This document shows, piece by piece, positions 29,220 to 42,827 of a DNA stretch of 64,000 nt. Each line of letters begins with the position of its first letter. The stretch's first letter is position 1. The position numbers and the translations under genes were made by a program. The notes beneath the pieces were generated by a model, which was not told where the DNA came from, searched no databases, and saw nothing but the letters and a program-made list of their open reading frames with translations. The stretch is from Chrysomallon squamiferum (taxonomy: Eukaryota; Animalia; Mollusca), in contig CM022673.1 of assembly GCA_012295275.1 (NCBI GenBank), positions 6,820,001 through 6,884,000 of the forward strand, in the 5' to 3' direction.

Positions 29220-30651
29220 AAGAAGCACGAGCATTTTGTACAAGGAATCTTTCGGAGAGTTGCTAAAACACGTCAAAGATAAAAGTACGCTTCTGCAACA
29301 GCACTTTTTGAGCCAGCTCGATTGTTTTGAACTCTGGTCAATTTTTTAACTTCAGATGCGATACTAAATGACATCGCATTGAAGCATATATTCACAGGTG
29401 ACTAAATATGCATGCAAACACACATACACATACGCATACTCCCATACCCACACCCCCCACACACACCCACACGCCCACAAACATACATACACACTCATAT
29501 ACACACATATATACATACATACATGCCTACATACACATACAAACGTTGTACCTAGATGGCTATTCAAACATTCGTTGCTATTTATCCATATAGATATCAA
29601 CTGACTTCTTTCTATCTAGGCATCGAGTGAACTAATTAAAGCTTGGAGTTTTTAAAGTTGGAATTGGATCAGGTTTTGCATAATTCTCTGTTAAAAGCTG
29701 CTAAAAAAAAAGAAAAAAACAACAGCAGCACTTTTCTGTGTTCAATTTATTATTTATCAAAATGAATAGGGTTTCCATGGTTTCATGTAGTTTGGGTCTT
29801 CTCCAAGACAACAGCGATTCCAGCCCCCACCCCAGGAAATTGTTCGTGCTCCCTTCAGTGTGCATAGTGCACGTACTCTTACAAATGTACTGAATAAAAT
29901 CTGTTAACTTTTTGTCTTGGGAAAAAAAAAACCAAAAACGAATCGACAAATTGAGCTTGAAAAAAAAAAAAAAAATAAAGAAGAAGGAAATAAAAGAGAA
30001 GAAAACAATTATAAAAAAAAAAAAAATAATGACGAAGAAAGAATATTGAGCAAAAAAAAACAACACGAAATACAATCGCAAATGGAAAGAGAGAATTTTT
30101 CTGTTTGATTTCTTTATTGCATATTGCATATAAGACTTTCGTCATTTTTTTTTTTTTTCAGTTTTCTTTTCAATTTCCACTTTTTTCTTTTCTTTTTTTT
30201 TAAATTCCCCCCTTTCCCCACCTTTCCCGACGTCTTAGTGCGTTTTCCTTTGTTTTATCGACGTTTTTGAAAAAGAAGAAGATCTCTATTATTTTGCCTG
30301 TAAACATCGATCAATTTTTTTTGTACATGCAATATAACGATCCAAACGAACCAGGAAGTTCTCACACAAGTCCATACGATATTTTTAAAGCACAAAGTGC
30401 TCGACTGCTGGGTGAGAGACTTCGGGATCAATACCGTTCAGAGAATATTTCTGCTTTAGTGTTTTATTTCTTATTAATTATGAATTTTTTAAAAATTTGT
30501 GTCAAGGTTGTATGTCTAAAAAAAAATAAAAAAATGAACAGCTACATTCCCTCTCTCCCCTCCCCCGGTAAAACAAAAGTCAACAGTTTCTGAAACAAAC
30601 CAAACAACAGCAGCAAAAGCGACAGTAACAGTATTTTAAAACAGAACTGAC

Positions 30652-30691
<40 letters not shown>

Positions 30692-31489
30692 CAAACAAAA
30701 ACCCAACAAAATTATATTATAACAACAATAAACACCCCCAACCCTCATACAACAACAAAAATCAAAAATTAAAACCCGAACAAAAACAACAACGACAAAA
30801 ATATATCAACACAAAATAATAAATAAATAAAAACCTGCTACACTGACAATCAATCCCTCCAATCCCAGAATTAAATTGGGTGTCGCACCTCTGAAAGCCA
30901 TCAAACAACAAAAATAAAATCATAAAAAACACATTAACCGTGACAACAGTTAAAACACACAACATATATTTCCCGCCTAAACCACCAACGTAGATTCCAA
31001 TGAACCTGCAATATGCAAATAAGTGAGTAAGTAAGTGGAAAATAGTAAATAACAAAGTAGGGGAGTAAGGAAGCGAAGTCCAAAGTATTGTTAAATAAGT
31101 TATTAATAAGTATGTAAATATATAAATAAATGTCTAAGGAAGGAAATAAGTCGTAAATAAATCAGTAAATTATAATGTTGCGTACGAAAGTAAATAAGTA
31201 AGCATGTAAATAACGAAGTAAGAAAATGAGTGTGTAAATAAGTAATAATATGTAAGCAATTAAATATGTATTTAAGTAAATAAATAAGCAAATAAATGGA
31301 TAAGTGAGTACATTAATAAGTAAGTAAATAAGATAATAAATAAATATGCTTTGTACAGAAAGTTAAGCAGCCACTTGAAAGGAAAATTACAAATAATTTT
31401 AACTCCTGTATATTACAATCTGTGTGTACCGAAATAAATTAACCGTACAAGTTCACAAATCTTCTTTTGAATGTCGTTTTTGCACTCAA

Positions 31490-32160
31490 ATGATACGGCT
31501 TAGACTGTGTACTGGAATACCAACAGACAACTCTTCGTCCAGACGGTTAGGAATCATCTCAAGCCTCCATGGAGTTCTTAAACCGTTGACACATTCGTGA
31601 ACGTTTGCTGGCGTGCTTGGATCCAATAACCTGCAACTTGGCTTCTTCGAGAAGGATTCTTTGACCAGACGAGTGCAGCATGTCATCGCGGGTTACAATG
31701 GCCGATTTTTTTTTTTTTTGTGTTTGGAGACAGGATAAAAGTCGATTTGCTCCATAAAAAACGTGCAAGCTATTTTTTTTTTCTAGGTGGTGGGTCCAGT
31801 AATAATTTTGCGAATGAATAATCCGGGGGAATCGTGCAAGATACGCTGAACGGCGAGAAATATTTCATTGACATCGTAATCCGCATTTCGACAGCATTTC
31901 CCTGTGTACGTAGATGACAGCGCTCAATCTCAACACACAGAGCAAGGGTCACAGTGGAGTTTCTCTAACATGGCCCAGCTTGCGGGACGATCTTCTTGGT
32001 CGTAACATCCGTCACAGGAATCCAACAATTCAAACTGTAGCAGAACCGTAAATCTGCTGCTTTGCGTAAGGAATGAACGTTAAACCCACAGCAAGCAGTT
32101 CAGACGTTCATTCTGGTGTAGGGTGCACGCGTTACCGAGAGATCGGTCATTCTAGGACAT
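31490..32160 (+). mobile_element. Fossil Tc1/mariner (DD34E-type) transposase, frameshifted and internally deleted
   Basis: Plus-strand fragments in the expected order: RQLFVQTVRNHLK (about 31525), RRIL*PDECS (about 31650, first catalytic D), VWRQDKSRFAP, GGGS/VII, IVQDTLNGEKYFIDIVI/PHF (31831), YVDDSAQS/HRARVTVEFL (about 31907, second D), TWP, DDLLGRNIRHRNPTIQTVAE, AALRKE*. These match the Tc1 motifs QTVRNRL, WSDES, GGGSVMVW, DDNARPHRA and WPA. The SPDLNPIE segment is missing and no terminal inverted repeats were identified. Confidence 0.88.
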
Positions 32161-33858
32161 CTTGACAGAGCTGGCTACCTTTCTAGAACACTTCTTTATT
32201 TTATTATATATTTTTTTTTTTTTTTTTTTGCGCCGACGATCAAAGTTTTTCAGCCTTCGTCTCTTCTCGACACAGAGGTATGTGGGTTTTTTCCCAATAC
32301 TTGCATGAGAATTGCGTGCGTGATGTAATCAACGACTTGTTTCTCCTAATAAACATATTTTTCATTTCTGTTATTGTTTTGTATAAAGCTATCATCGCTT
32401 TATTCATGTATTTCCAGATTTGTAACCTTGTAAACATTGAATGGCGCTTAACATTTTTTTTATTTTTTTTTTTTTTTTTTTTTCACACAGTGTATAAAAA
32501 ACTGAATAGGAAAATTAACAATATGTAATATAATTGTCATCCTCATTTAAAAATTTAATATTTCTATTTTTTTATGTATTAATTTACCAGATGTCGAATG
32601 CGGAGTAATTTTACTTTTAATTTCTTTATTTGTTTTTAAAATAATTCTTCTCCACGTTTTATATCTGTATCTATACTGTGTTACTTATTTACTAAAATAA
32701 TTTTATTTTATATTAACACATCGAGAAAGACAATAATAGAGATTAACACTATCATATGTTTTCTTAATTAATGGGATGTTAAAAATCATTTCTCAAGAAA
32801 AAGAAAATAAAGAAAATCATAATAACAGAAAAAAAGAAAGAAAATTAAGAAGAAGAAAACAGTAAGGCTAGGGAAACAGAGAAGAAATATTAACTAAAGA
32901 AATCACTCGTTAATTTAAAATATTTTTTGCACGTATTGTTTTCAGATAAATGCAGATTTTACTTCCTTCTCTTTGAAGTAAAAATTAGAAAAAAAATAAA
33001 AAAATTAAAGATTAAAGGTATAATTGTATAATTGCGTATAAAAATATAAATAATAATGTAGTAAAAATAGGAGAATAGATACACTAATACAAAAACAGAC
33101 ATACCAACATAAATAGAAATAAACCACAAATTTAAATAAATCAAATCAAATCAAATCAATAGATATTAACAAAAAAAAAAAAAAAAAAAAAAAAATAACA
33201 AAAAAAATAAAAAATTGATCCCAGTGTGAATGTCCATCGATTGCCTATTGATAAAGTTGGTGTTAAAAAAAGTCATATCAGAAAATGTTGATGTTATATT
33301 CAGATTATTAGCTGATGTCTGGGATAGCGCTATACTTTTTCCAATACAAATATTTGAACAAGATCAATTATACATATCTAGATTGATCTGAACCGCAGTT
33401 CTATGTGAATGAATTTTTTCTTCAGTACAAGCGTCCTTTGATTATTTTGTAAAACGAGAGTAGAATATAAAAATCAAAATTAGAAATAGATTATATATAT
33501 ATGAATGTGTGTACGTGTGTATGTGTGACTGCATGTATATATGTATGAGTGGATGGACATATGTACGTATGTATGTGTTTGTGTGTGTGTGAGACTGCAT
33601 TTACATACATTTTACATATATATATATATATTTACAAATGAATTAAGATCAGCATCATTTTTATTTTACGCTATTTTAAACTTGATTTTAGAGTGTTCAC
33701 ATGGGGTAAGATAGGCTCTTTGGGAATTACGATAAATAACGAACTAATTCTGCAGTGATCCGTAAAGAATGGAACGATATTTAAAGAAATGATTAAAAAA
33801 AATCGATAAAACAGAATTATTATATATATTTTTTTAATCTTTTTATTATCAAAATAAC

Positions 33859-33901
<43 letters not shown>

Positions 33902-34438
33902 TAAAATAAAATTCGAAATTCAAAATTCAAAATTCAAAAATTCGAAAAGAAAACGATAAGAAAGAAAAAGAAAAAAAAAAAAAAAAAAAAAAAAAACACC
34001 CAGAAAAACCAAGAAAAAGATGGAACGCCCGGATTATCGATGTCGCCCGAAGGTACAATAGTTATGGATAGTCAGGTAAAAAAACAATACAGAGCGATGA
34101 AAGTAAACACATGAACAAACGACGATCGTCGTTTCCATTAACAACCAGTTTACAGTTATTATGCTTCTGTGACAAAAATACATTATTGCATCCTATAATT
34201 CGTACGGCAATTAAAAATGACGCATACGGTATATAACTTGGTTTGTAACGTTCCAGCGTATTTTGTTTTTGTAGAGATTAATAATTAACTTTGATCGCTC
34301 GCCCTACTAAAGAGATTCTATGGGTTTTATTGTTGGTTTTTTTTTTTTTTTTATCGATATATTGATCTTTCAAAACAGGCTCTGTTTCATTCATACATTC
34401 TTTCAGTCTTTTGTTTGTTTCCTTTTTTAACCTATTTC

Positions 34439-34509
<71 letters not shown>

Positions 34510-34823
34510 ATACATATATATATATATCTGTGAGAAGAAACATGAATACTGTCAATGTATTATATCTATGTAAGTGTATCTGTGGGTGTAGACGTTGCTT
34601 TGTATTTTACTTGTATTCTACTGCTGTAATTAAAACAGGATTTTGTAATAACGTTTCTGTATAATCCATCCATCCATCCATCCATCCACCCAGTTTCTGT
34701 ATAAATATGTCTACCTGATTTTGTTTGGTTCTCTCTCTGTCTGTCATTCGGAATCTATCCATCTCTCTCTCTGTCTGTCTGTCTCTTTCTCTGTCTCTGT
34801 CTCTCTCTGTCTGTCTGTCTGTC

Positions 34824-34933
<110 letters not shown>

Positions 34934-35350
34934 TCCCTGTCTGTCTTTCTCGCATAATTAACTGGAGTTTGTTCCATATGTTTCAAACTTTTATTTTTTC
35001 GATTTTTTATTTTTTTATTTTTATATGCTATTTATATAAAAATAAACCCACTTTTTTTTTTTTCATTTCGCTAAATTATGTATACCTGTTGAACTCATCA
35101 CAAAACATTATGCAGTTTTTTTTTTTTATTAATAATGCAAAATATGCTTTTGTGTCTCTCTCTGTCAGCTATCCAGATGTCTCCGTTGCCATTTTTTTTT
35201 TGCTATTAATTGCTTAACAGAAACCATAAATATCGGGTCGAATTTATTAATTAGCTAAATACTGAATGATAAATCAACCACTTAAAATCTATCCAGATCT
35301 TCTGCTGATTTGATTAATTATTAATAACAATCATGCAGAATATCTCGGGT

Positions 35351-35437
35351 TGACGTCGAAGTAGGCAATTCTTTTTCTCAGATCTGATTGGCTGACGTCG
35401 AAGTAGGCAATTCTTTTTCTCAGATCTGATTGGCTGA
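35351..35437. repeat. Perfect 42-bp tandem duplication of a CRE-like plus CCAAT module
   Basis: TGACGTCGAAGTAGGCAATTCTTTTTCTCAGATCTGATTGGC twice (35351, 35393), followed by TGACGTAA at 35441. Confidence 0.92.
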
Positions 35438-36383
35438 AACTGACGTAACTTATCGAATCGTTTGGCTTCATTTGTCATAATTACGGAATAAATTAAAATA
35501 GACGTTAATAAATATTTCAAATTAATGCCGAGTATGTTGTCATCGTTTTTTCAATAACGAAATCGTCCCACTTAGCTTTTGTTATATCCTTTGACTTTTT
35601 GGTACTTTTTAAATTTTATTACTACTATTACTACAACAACAACAACAACAACAACTACTACTACTACTATTATTATTCTTATTTTCATATTATTATGTTT
35701 ATGGTATATCCTTTGTACTTTTTCAATTTTGTTACTACTGCTACTACTACTACTACTATTATACTACTACTACTACTACTACTTTTTTTATATTTATTTT
35801 ATTTTTACTACTATTTTACTTTTTTACTATTTACTATTATTACTATGTTTATTTATTTATTTTTTTTTGGGGGGAACTGAGGAATTTAGTATGACACTCA
35901 TAATGTATCGGGTTCGAATACAGGAACCGACAAACAGAGAGGGTGGAGTGAGAGAAAGAAAAAGAAAAATCTAGTCACAATAACAGACAACAGTTAGGAA
36001 GACAGATAAAGACAGCGAGAGAGTTAGAAGGGATAGTATTATGAAACAAGATAAATATGTAGACAGAGAATGAGAGAGAAAGAGAAAGTGAAAGAGAAAC
36101 GAAAAAGAGAGAAGAAAGGCAGAAAAGAGAAAGTAGCAAGAAAGAAAGAAAGAAAGAGAAAAGAGAGAAAAGTGAAAGAGAGGGGAAGAGACGGAGAAAG
36201 AAATTTAAGGAATAAAGCGAGATAGAAATTCATGGGCAGTGAAAAAGAAAGAGAATTTTAAATGTAACGACGAAAGAAAAAGAGACAGAGAGATATAAGG
36301 ACAAAGTATAAGTCTAGGAAAATAACTGAAATTACGAGAAAAAAAAATCTTACGTGTAGGCGAAAGATGATGATGATGGTGAC

Positions 36384-36420
<37 letters not shown>

Positions 36421-36539
36421 GTTATTATAATTATTATTATTATTATAAATTCGCCGCACTTGAGTCTCCAACAAACCAAGTTAATATTCGTTCGCCTTCA
36501 ACTGTTTTACGCATCCACCGAGTGAGATCTTCATTGAGA

Positions 36540-36700
36540 GTAGAACGGCGACCTAATTCATTTCATTGGCTGATTCGTCCGGATTTCTGACCAATGACGT
36601 GGCTCGTGTAACAGGAAGAAAATTACAACTGAACGACAGAGATGTATGCAATGTAAGGGAATGTCAAAACGGCATGTTCGGATCGACTGTACGCAAGTCA
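36540..36700 (+). promoter_or_regulatory. Candidate promoter upstream of the right gene's 5' exons
   Basis: ATTGG at 36565, CCAAT at 36591 overlapping TGACGTGG (CRE/UPRE-like, 36595-36602), CAGGAAG at about 36612, CpG island, and a strong donor about 0.6 kb downstream. Confidence 0.5.
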
Positions 36701-37079
36701 CTTTTGTTCGGTTTTTTTATTATTTTATTAAATTATTATTAGTCTTTCTTTCTTTATTTTTTTTTAAATTTTTTTCACTGACACGCTTTCTGACTTTCGT
36801 AAACAAAAATTAGAAACGGGATCAGCGGGTTTCTGTTTCGCTCGAATGAACTGAAACACACATTAACGGCGAATAAAACTGTCGTATTGAATTTATCCAG
36901 GCAATTAGCAGCGGGGAGAAAAGCGAAATAAGTCACAAAGGAAAGGTGCAAGTCTAAGGCGAAGAAACTGTTTCTTGTAAAGAGAAAGTGAAGATTTAGA
37001 AGAAAAGAGAAAAAAAAAAAGAAAAAGAGAAAAAACAATAAAAAAGAGAAAGTAACATACTGTTGAATAGTGCAGAACT

Positions 37080-37190
37080 GCAGTTATCTGAGATAGAAAT
37101 ATATACACTGATATATCGAATCTGCAAAAATAAGGATTTTTTTGTTGTTTTTTTTGCATATTTTTTCACTCATCTTCACGAAATAAGCAG
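37080..37190 (+). other. 3' part of a candidate non-coding first exon (start uncertain)
   Basis: Ends at a perfect donor CAG|GTAAGT (GT at 37191). Confidence 0.45.
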
Positions 37191-37609
37191 GTAAGTGTTT
37201 ATAAATACAATTATGTATATGGATTTCAATCTTGCTTTCTTTCTTTCTTTCTTATTCTTCTAGAATTTCCTTTTTTTTGTTTCGCTTTCTTTCTTTACTT
37301 TCAATTTATCCTTCTTTCATTCTCCTCATCTGTCTTTCACTGTTTTCATCCCCCTCATTTTATTTATATTTAATTTTTAATTTTTGTTTTTTTTTGGCAT
37401 TTCGTATCTTGGATACCGCCAGTACCTTCAGCCACAAATATTAAGACACATAGCATAGTCGGATCCTTAATTTAGTTTGTTAGGGGGAGTGGGGTGCAGG
37501 ATATCAGCCATTTCCGACCATCGGGGAGTTGCATGTATAGAATATCTCGATATCTGTATATCTATATCCGCATTAACGTTCTTATCTCTCACTCTGTGTC
37601 TGCACGTAG

Positions 37610-37685
37610 AATGCTAACAAACAGAATAATGCTTCTTGCATTACAAGATTGATATAATAAAGAATAACTGACAAAATCGATATCG
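37610..37685 (+). other. Candidate 76-nt 5'UTR exon containing a short uORF
   Basis: Acceptor CTTATCTCTCACTCTGTGTCTGCACGTAG and donor TCG|GTGAGT; uORF MLTNRIMLLALQD* at 37611-37652. Confidence 0.4.
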
Positions 37686-38043
37686 GTGAGTACCTGTTGA
37701 AGCCTGCCCTTAATCTGTACCTTTTGTTAGCTGTAGTCATAGAGTGAAGTACTTGCTGTATAGTATTTTACACTTTGTAATGTATAATGTGTGCATACAT
37801 ACATATATACATACATACACACATAAATACACACATACATACACACGTGTGTATGCATGTGTGTGTGTGTGTTTTGAGTGCAGATTAATAAAGAATTGTC
37901 TAATATTAATATTACTGATCGACAAATTTTTGTTAAAAACATGATAGATTATATAACAGTTCAATGTATAATAAATATATCAAAATCAAAGTAAGATAAT
38001 TTATACCATATATAGATAATACTATTTGACATTTAAGTAGTGC

Positions 38044-38087
<44 letters not shown>

Positions 38088-39439
38088 AGAAGATGAAGAA
38101 AAGAATGTGACCATTAATTAAGGTTTTGCATTTTACGTTTTAATAATTAAATCATAATTTTATTAACAATATTAAAATTTACTGCAGAGGTTTAAAGATA
38201 CGTATTTATTTGTTTTTTCAATAGCGAGCATTAATTATCAACCTGGTTGCTTTGTCATGTCTTAATTTGCTTTGTTTGTACAGCACCATGTGTTCGACAA
38301 ACTGCATTAATTATACAGATAAATATGTTTTTGAAAAACATACATCTGACATCTAAAAGAACATCCACACGTTAAACATGGGTCATTTTTCTAACCGCGT
38401 TTCTCCCACGAAAAATTCTGCACGTTTAATTATTACTTTTAATGTTGATATTTGATTCTGCTGTTCTGAACTGCAATTTGAACTGAATACAGCTAGGAAC
38501 AAGAGTTGCTTCATGTTCTAAAGCATAGATTCTGACGGCGAAACTGCCTTTGTTGTATGTTTTGCATAATGCCTGAATAGCCTCCCTGAATAGCCTTATT
38601 TTGTCCCTAGATAACAGCTGAAAAACAGGTCCAAGAGTTATGAAAGAGTCGATGATGATGATGATGATAATGGTGATGATGGTGGTCATAAAAATGCTAA
38701 AGCTAATGACGGTGTTCATTACAATACTGATGATGATGATGATGACGATATGTGACATCTGTTATGACGACAACTGTAATATGAACTGTAGCTTAAAAAA
38801 GTGAATGGCTTAAACTGAAAAACGCAAGAAGACACACATACACATAAATATAAAAATTCATATATACATGTATACATGTATACATTATTGTCTTTACTTC
38901 TGACCATTTATTTCTAAACAATAGCACTCATGTTATGGCACACATTAACAGACTAAACAGCGCCAGAATCGATATAAAATATCAGTAAATTACTTATTCT
39001 GTGTTTTTACCAGTGTCTTTTTGTGTCTCTTTGAAGGTCGGTACCTGTCGTCGATCATATAATCTTTGGATCGATTTATCGATTTATAACCGTAAAAAAT
39101 TCTGTTTATCAATTAAATCGATTACCCGACAGAAAAGAAAAACGTTTTTATGGATCAAATGTGTCCTTCATCTTGTTACTTCTTTGATCAAAGGGTACAC
39201 GAGAGAAAACAGCTTACTGATTGTTGCTATACTTACAAACAGGTTGGATTATTTGTTTATTGCAGTTCAAGGTTGACTAATAATAAAGTGCGATCATAAA
39301 ATGAAAATACAAATCTAGAGATACGGCGACTGTTATTTGATTTTTTTTTCTCTTATTCTTGTGATAATTCCTTGAATTGAAATTGATTAAAAAAAAAAAA
39401 AAAAAAAAATAAATAAATAAAAAAATGTAACTTTATGAT

Positions 39440-39505
39440 GCGACGTCACTGATTTATTAGTCTGGCTGACGTCCAATCATTTTCATGTGTACGAGATGAC
39501 GTCAG
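39440..39505. promoter_or_regulatory. Cluster of three CRE/ATF sites with a CCAAT box
   Basis: GACGTCA at 39442, TGACGTC at 39467 abutting CCAAT at 39473, and full TGACGTCA at 39497. Confidence 0.5.
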
Positions 39506-40956
39506 TTTTATACTAAAACAGTTGAAAACAACAATAACAACAACAACAAAAAAAAAACCCAGCTTGTTTTCATTCATCGAGTACACTTCCACAACTATTC
39601 TCTATTTATTCCAGTCGATTTCATTGGCTGAAACGAACTTTGGTATAACAGTAAATACATTTTATTTACGAAAAATAACCTACAGTTATTTCCTGCTGTT
39701 TTCTCCCGGTATTAATGTTTGCAAACCGAGCGATTCAGTTTGGCAGGTCAGTGGTGACGGTCATAACTTGATGTCAGTAACGGTTTGACCCTCGAGTGAC
39801 CATGGTCCGAAGTCATTAAATCTGCCTTTGGATATAGACAGGCGTAAACAACTGAGGAAAAAAAAAAAAAAAAGTTTATCGCTTCTAGCATAGATAATAA
39901 TGTTTGTCATTCCTAAAATGTATCACTGTCACGAATCATTGTGAAGACTTCTTTTTTCTTTTTGTTCTTTCTACTGATGTTTCAGTCTCTTCTCCCGTTA
40001 TCAGCCGAATTCCTCTGGTGTTTGTATTTCTTATTTTTTCTCTGTGACAATCGTTCCTCTGTCCATAACCTGCCGTTTAATTCGTCCATCATTCGTCTAT
40101 ATTAATTTTATTGTATTTTTTTTTTATTTCTGTATAATCTTTTTTTTAGATTTGATGAGAATGTAATGTGTTCATATATGATGTGACATGATTTCACATG
40201 CATGATATTAACTGATAACATTTTTATCTGATGTGATGTGAAATGATTTAATCTGGTATTATATAATTTGATATGGAATGCTATATGGTATCTGTACAGT
40301 ATGGTATAGGTTAGTATGGAATGGTTATGATCTATTAATTTACGATGTAGTAAGTTATGGTGTGATATTGCATAATACAATTATAGTAGTATGGAGTGCT
40401 ATTGTGCTACGGAATGAATATGTTATAGTATGACATGGTATGCAATGTCGCAGTATGATATAGCTACTTTAGTATACTACGTGATATGATTTACTATTAT
40501 GAAATTATTTTATTTAATAATCACGATGTAACATCACTAAACCCGAAAGTCTTGTACATATCTCGTCAGAGCAAAAGCAACCGGAAATACGAATATGAAA
40601 AATAATAATTTAAATAAGGCAAAATAAAACAATAGGAAACAACATCAGAAAAACTATAATATATCTAACAGTATTAATTATGGTTACAAAAATCACAAAA
40701 AACAACAACAACCATCCTCCTAGCCCTGCTGCAATGATCTGCCGGCCTTTAAGATTTGCGCCATTAAGACCAAGTTTGTTGTCGTGCTTAGAAAAACATC
40801 AATCATTGTCAAGACTAGTGCACAGTTGTCTCCCCACGGCTTACTCCACTTTTTATGATAATCGAGGTTATTCCGGTTGTCTCACTGGCGCTCTGTCTAT
40901 GACCTTTTGAAAAAAGAAAGGAAAAAGAAATATGTTTGTTATTTGTTTTGCTGCAG

Positions 40957-40999
40957 TTTGGACAGTTTCTGCGCTTTCTTGAAACAGTTTCTGAAAATG
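40957..40999 (+). CDS. Exon ending exactly in the initiator ATG (40997-40999) of a plus-strand gene
   Basis: Acceptor TTTGTTATTTGTTTTGCTGCAG, start context GAAAATG, and immediate donor ATG|GTAAGT. ATG-only coding first exons are a known architecture (e.g. calmodulin genes), but the gene cannot be identified here. Confidence 0.55.
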
Positions 41000-42791
41000 G
41001 TAAGTAATATGTTGTTATACGTTTGCATGCATCGTAGTCCTATGTCGTGATCAATCTTGCTTTTATTTTCGTTTTCTTTCTTCCATTCATTCTTTCTTTC
41101 TTTCATTCTGTCTGTATTTTTAATCTGTCAGTTTTTTTTGTTGATAATAATGAATCTAGTTTTAGGGAAGTGACAGTTTTGTTGTTTTTAATCATTGTGT
41201 TTTTAAAACTCTGAGATACCAATAACTAAAAGAGCTGGTGGTTACTTAGAGCGACGGTTTGTTACTCTGAGCCTTGAAGGATCAGTCTCTTCAAAGCACC
41301 GGTCAGGATTTCTTTGACTGGTGCTAGCAGACAAATTGAAAAGTATTAGAAATGTTTTCATGTCTGTGCAAACTTTCGCGCAAAATGTATCTTTCAGTTT
41401 ACAGATTGTGCGGCAGTAAGTTATCTCCACTGTTATAAAATAATTATGATCTCAAATAATTAAGCCCCAAAAGACCCCTCCTGTTCACACGTAAAAACAG
41501 TTAATATTAAACTGCACCCGTGCTCCTAAAAAACATTCATTTACGACATTTCAATCGTGAAAGAAAAAAAAAAGGAAATAAAAATCATACGACAGCACAA
41601 TGCGATCTCGGTTACTGTGATTCTCAGAACAAGTGACTTAACCACTAAATTCATACAAGCTCTTAATTACAGTTAGATCTAGTAGCAGCTGTAGCTTATT
41701 ATATAATTAGGTAATATGATGAAACTGGGCCCATAAAAATGGTATAAAATTTGGAATAAAATTTACTATTTAAAAATTTCCATTCGTCTATAAATCTTTA
41801 AAGATTCCTTTTATTTTTAACTTGGAAGTAAGATCAAAAAGAAAAATACAGAAAATCGACATTTATCAACTGAAGCGTTGTCAGATCGATATATCGATTT
41901 GTACACTTGAGTATTTTATTATCGATTAAATCAATAATTAACCGAGAAATATTTGTTTTGAAATCGAATAATACACCTGTCTAGGTGTTCTTTTGATCAC
42001 GTGATTAAATCGTACTTGTTTTAGTGCGTCTACAGTTACGGTCTAAATTGCACTGTTTTATTTGCTTCTTCTTGAAATGCACCAACTCTAAATATTTGTT
42101 GAACACTTCCACACAACTGTCTTATTTGTTTATTGTTAAAATATATCTCTGGTTGTGGCGAACTTTAAGTAGTAATTATGAACTATATGCATGTTACCTA
42201 TATCTGTGTGTGTGTGTGTGTGTGTGGTTTAACGTTAAATGTAGTCTTAATATTTTATTAATAATTTTCATTATTATTATTTTATAACATACTGCCAATC
42301 GAAGTTAGCGATATTTCTATTCCCTCCATTTTGAAGACAGTGCACAACATTTCGACGACAGCAGCCTCAGTGTGGACGATTTTGCACAATCGGTTGCATC
42401 CAGATTTAGACGTCATCATTCTGACGTCTGCCTTTTTTGTTTTGTTTATTTTACTTTGTCGTTAGTCGTCCATACTTCAGTACATAGACAGAGAGAGAGA
42501 GAGAAAAAAACTAGAACGTCAGTTTAAACATGCAGGATTTGTTTTAATCCGTTTTTATTTGCTTTTTCGTGCAGTGTAGGATTTTGCCGGGTGAAAGTCA
42601 ATATTCGAGGTTTAGTAGACTTGTACTTTATTGTTACTAAACGATCACCGGGTTTATTGAAACAGCACCTGTGCAAGTCTAGGTTTCAAAACAAGAGCGA
42701 TAACTTCGTATTTGAAAGACATAACGGACAGATGAATGTAATGAGAACTTTTCTTTCTCATTCTTATTTTTCATCTTCTGCCCTCTCCCCT

Positions 42792-42827
<36 letters not shown>

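Noticed and set aside
30327-30412. Plus-strand MQYNDPNEPGSSHTSPYDIFKAQSARLLG|GTGAGA as a first exon
   Set aside because: It is phase 1, has no clear promoter motifs and no partner exon; compatible with chance.
31662-32076. TGA at two conserved Trp positions of the Tc1 fossil as a sign of an alternative genetic code
   Set aside because: TGG to TGA is a single transition, and the element also has frameshifts and deletions, so this is ordinary decay.
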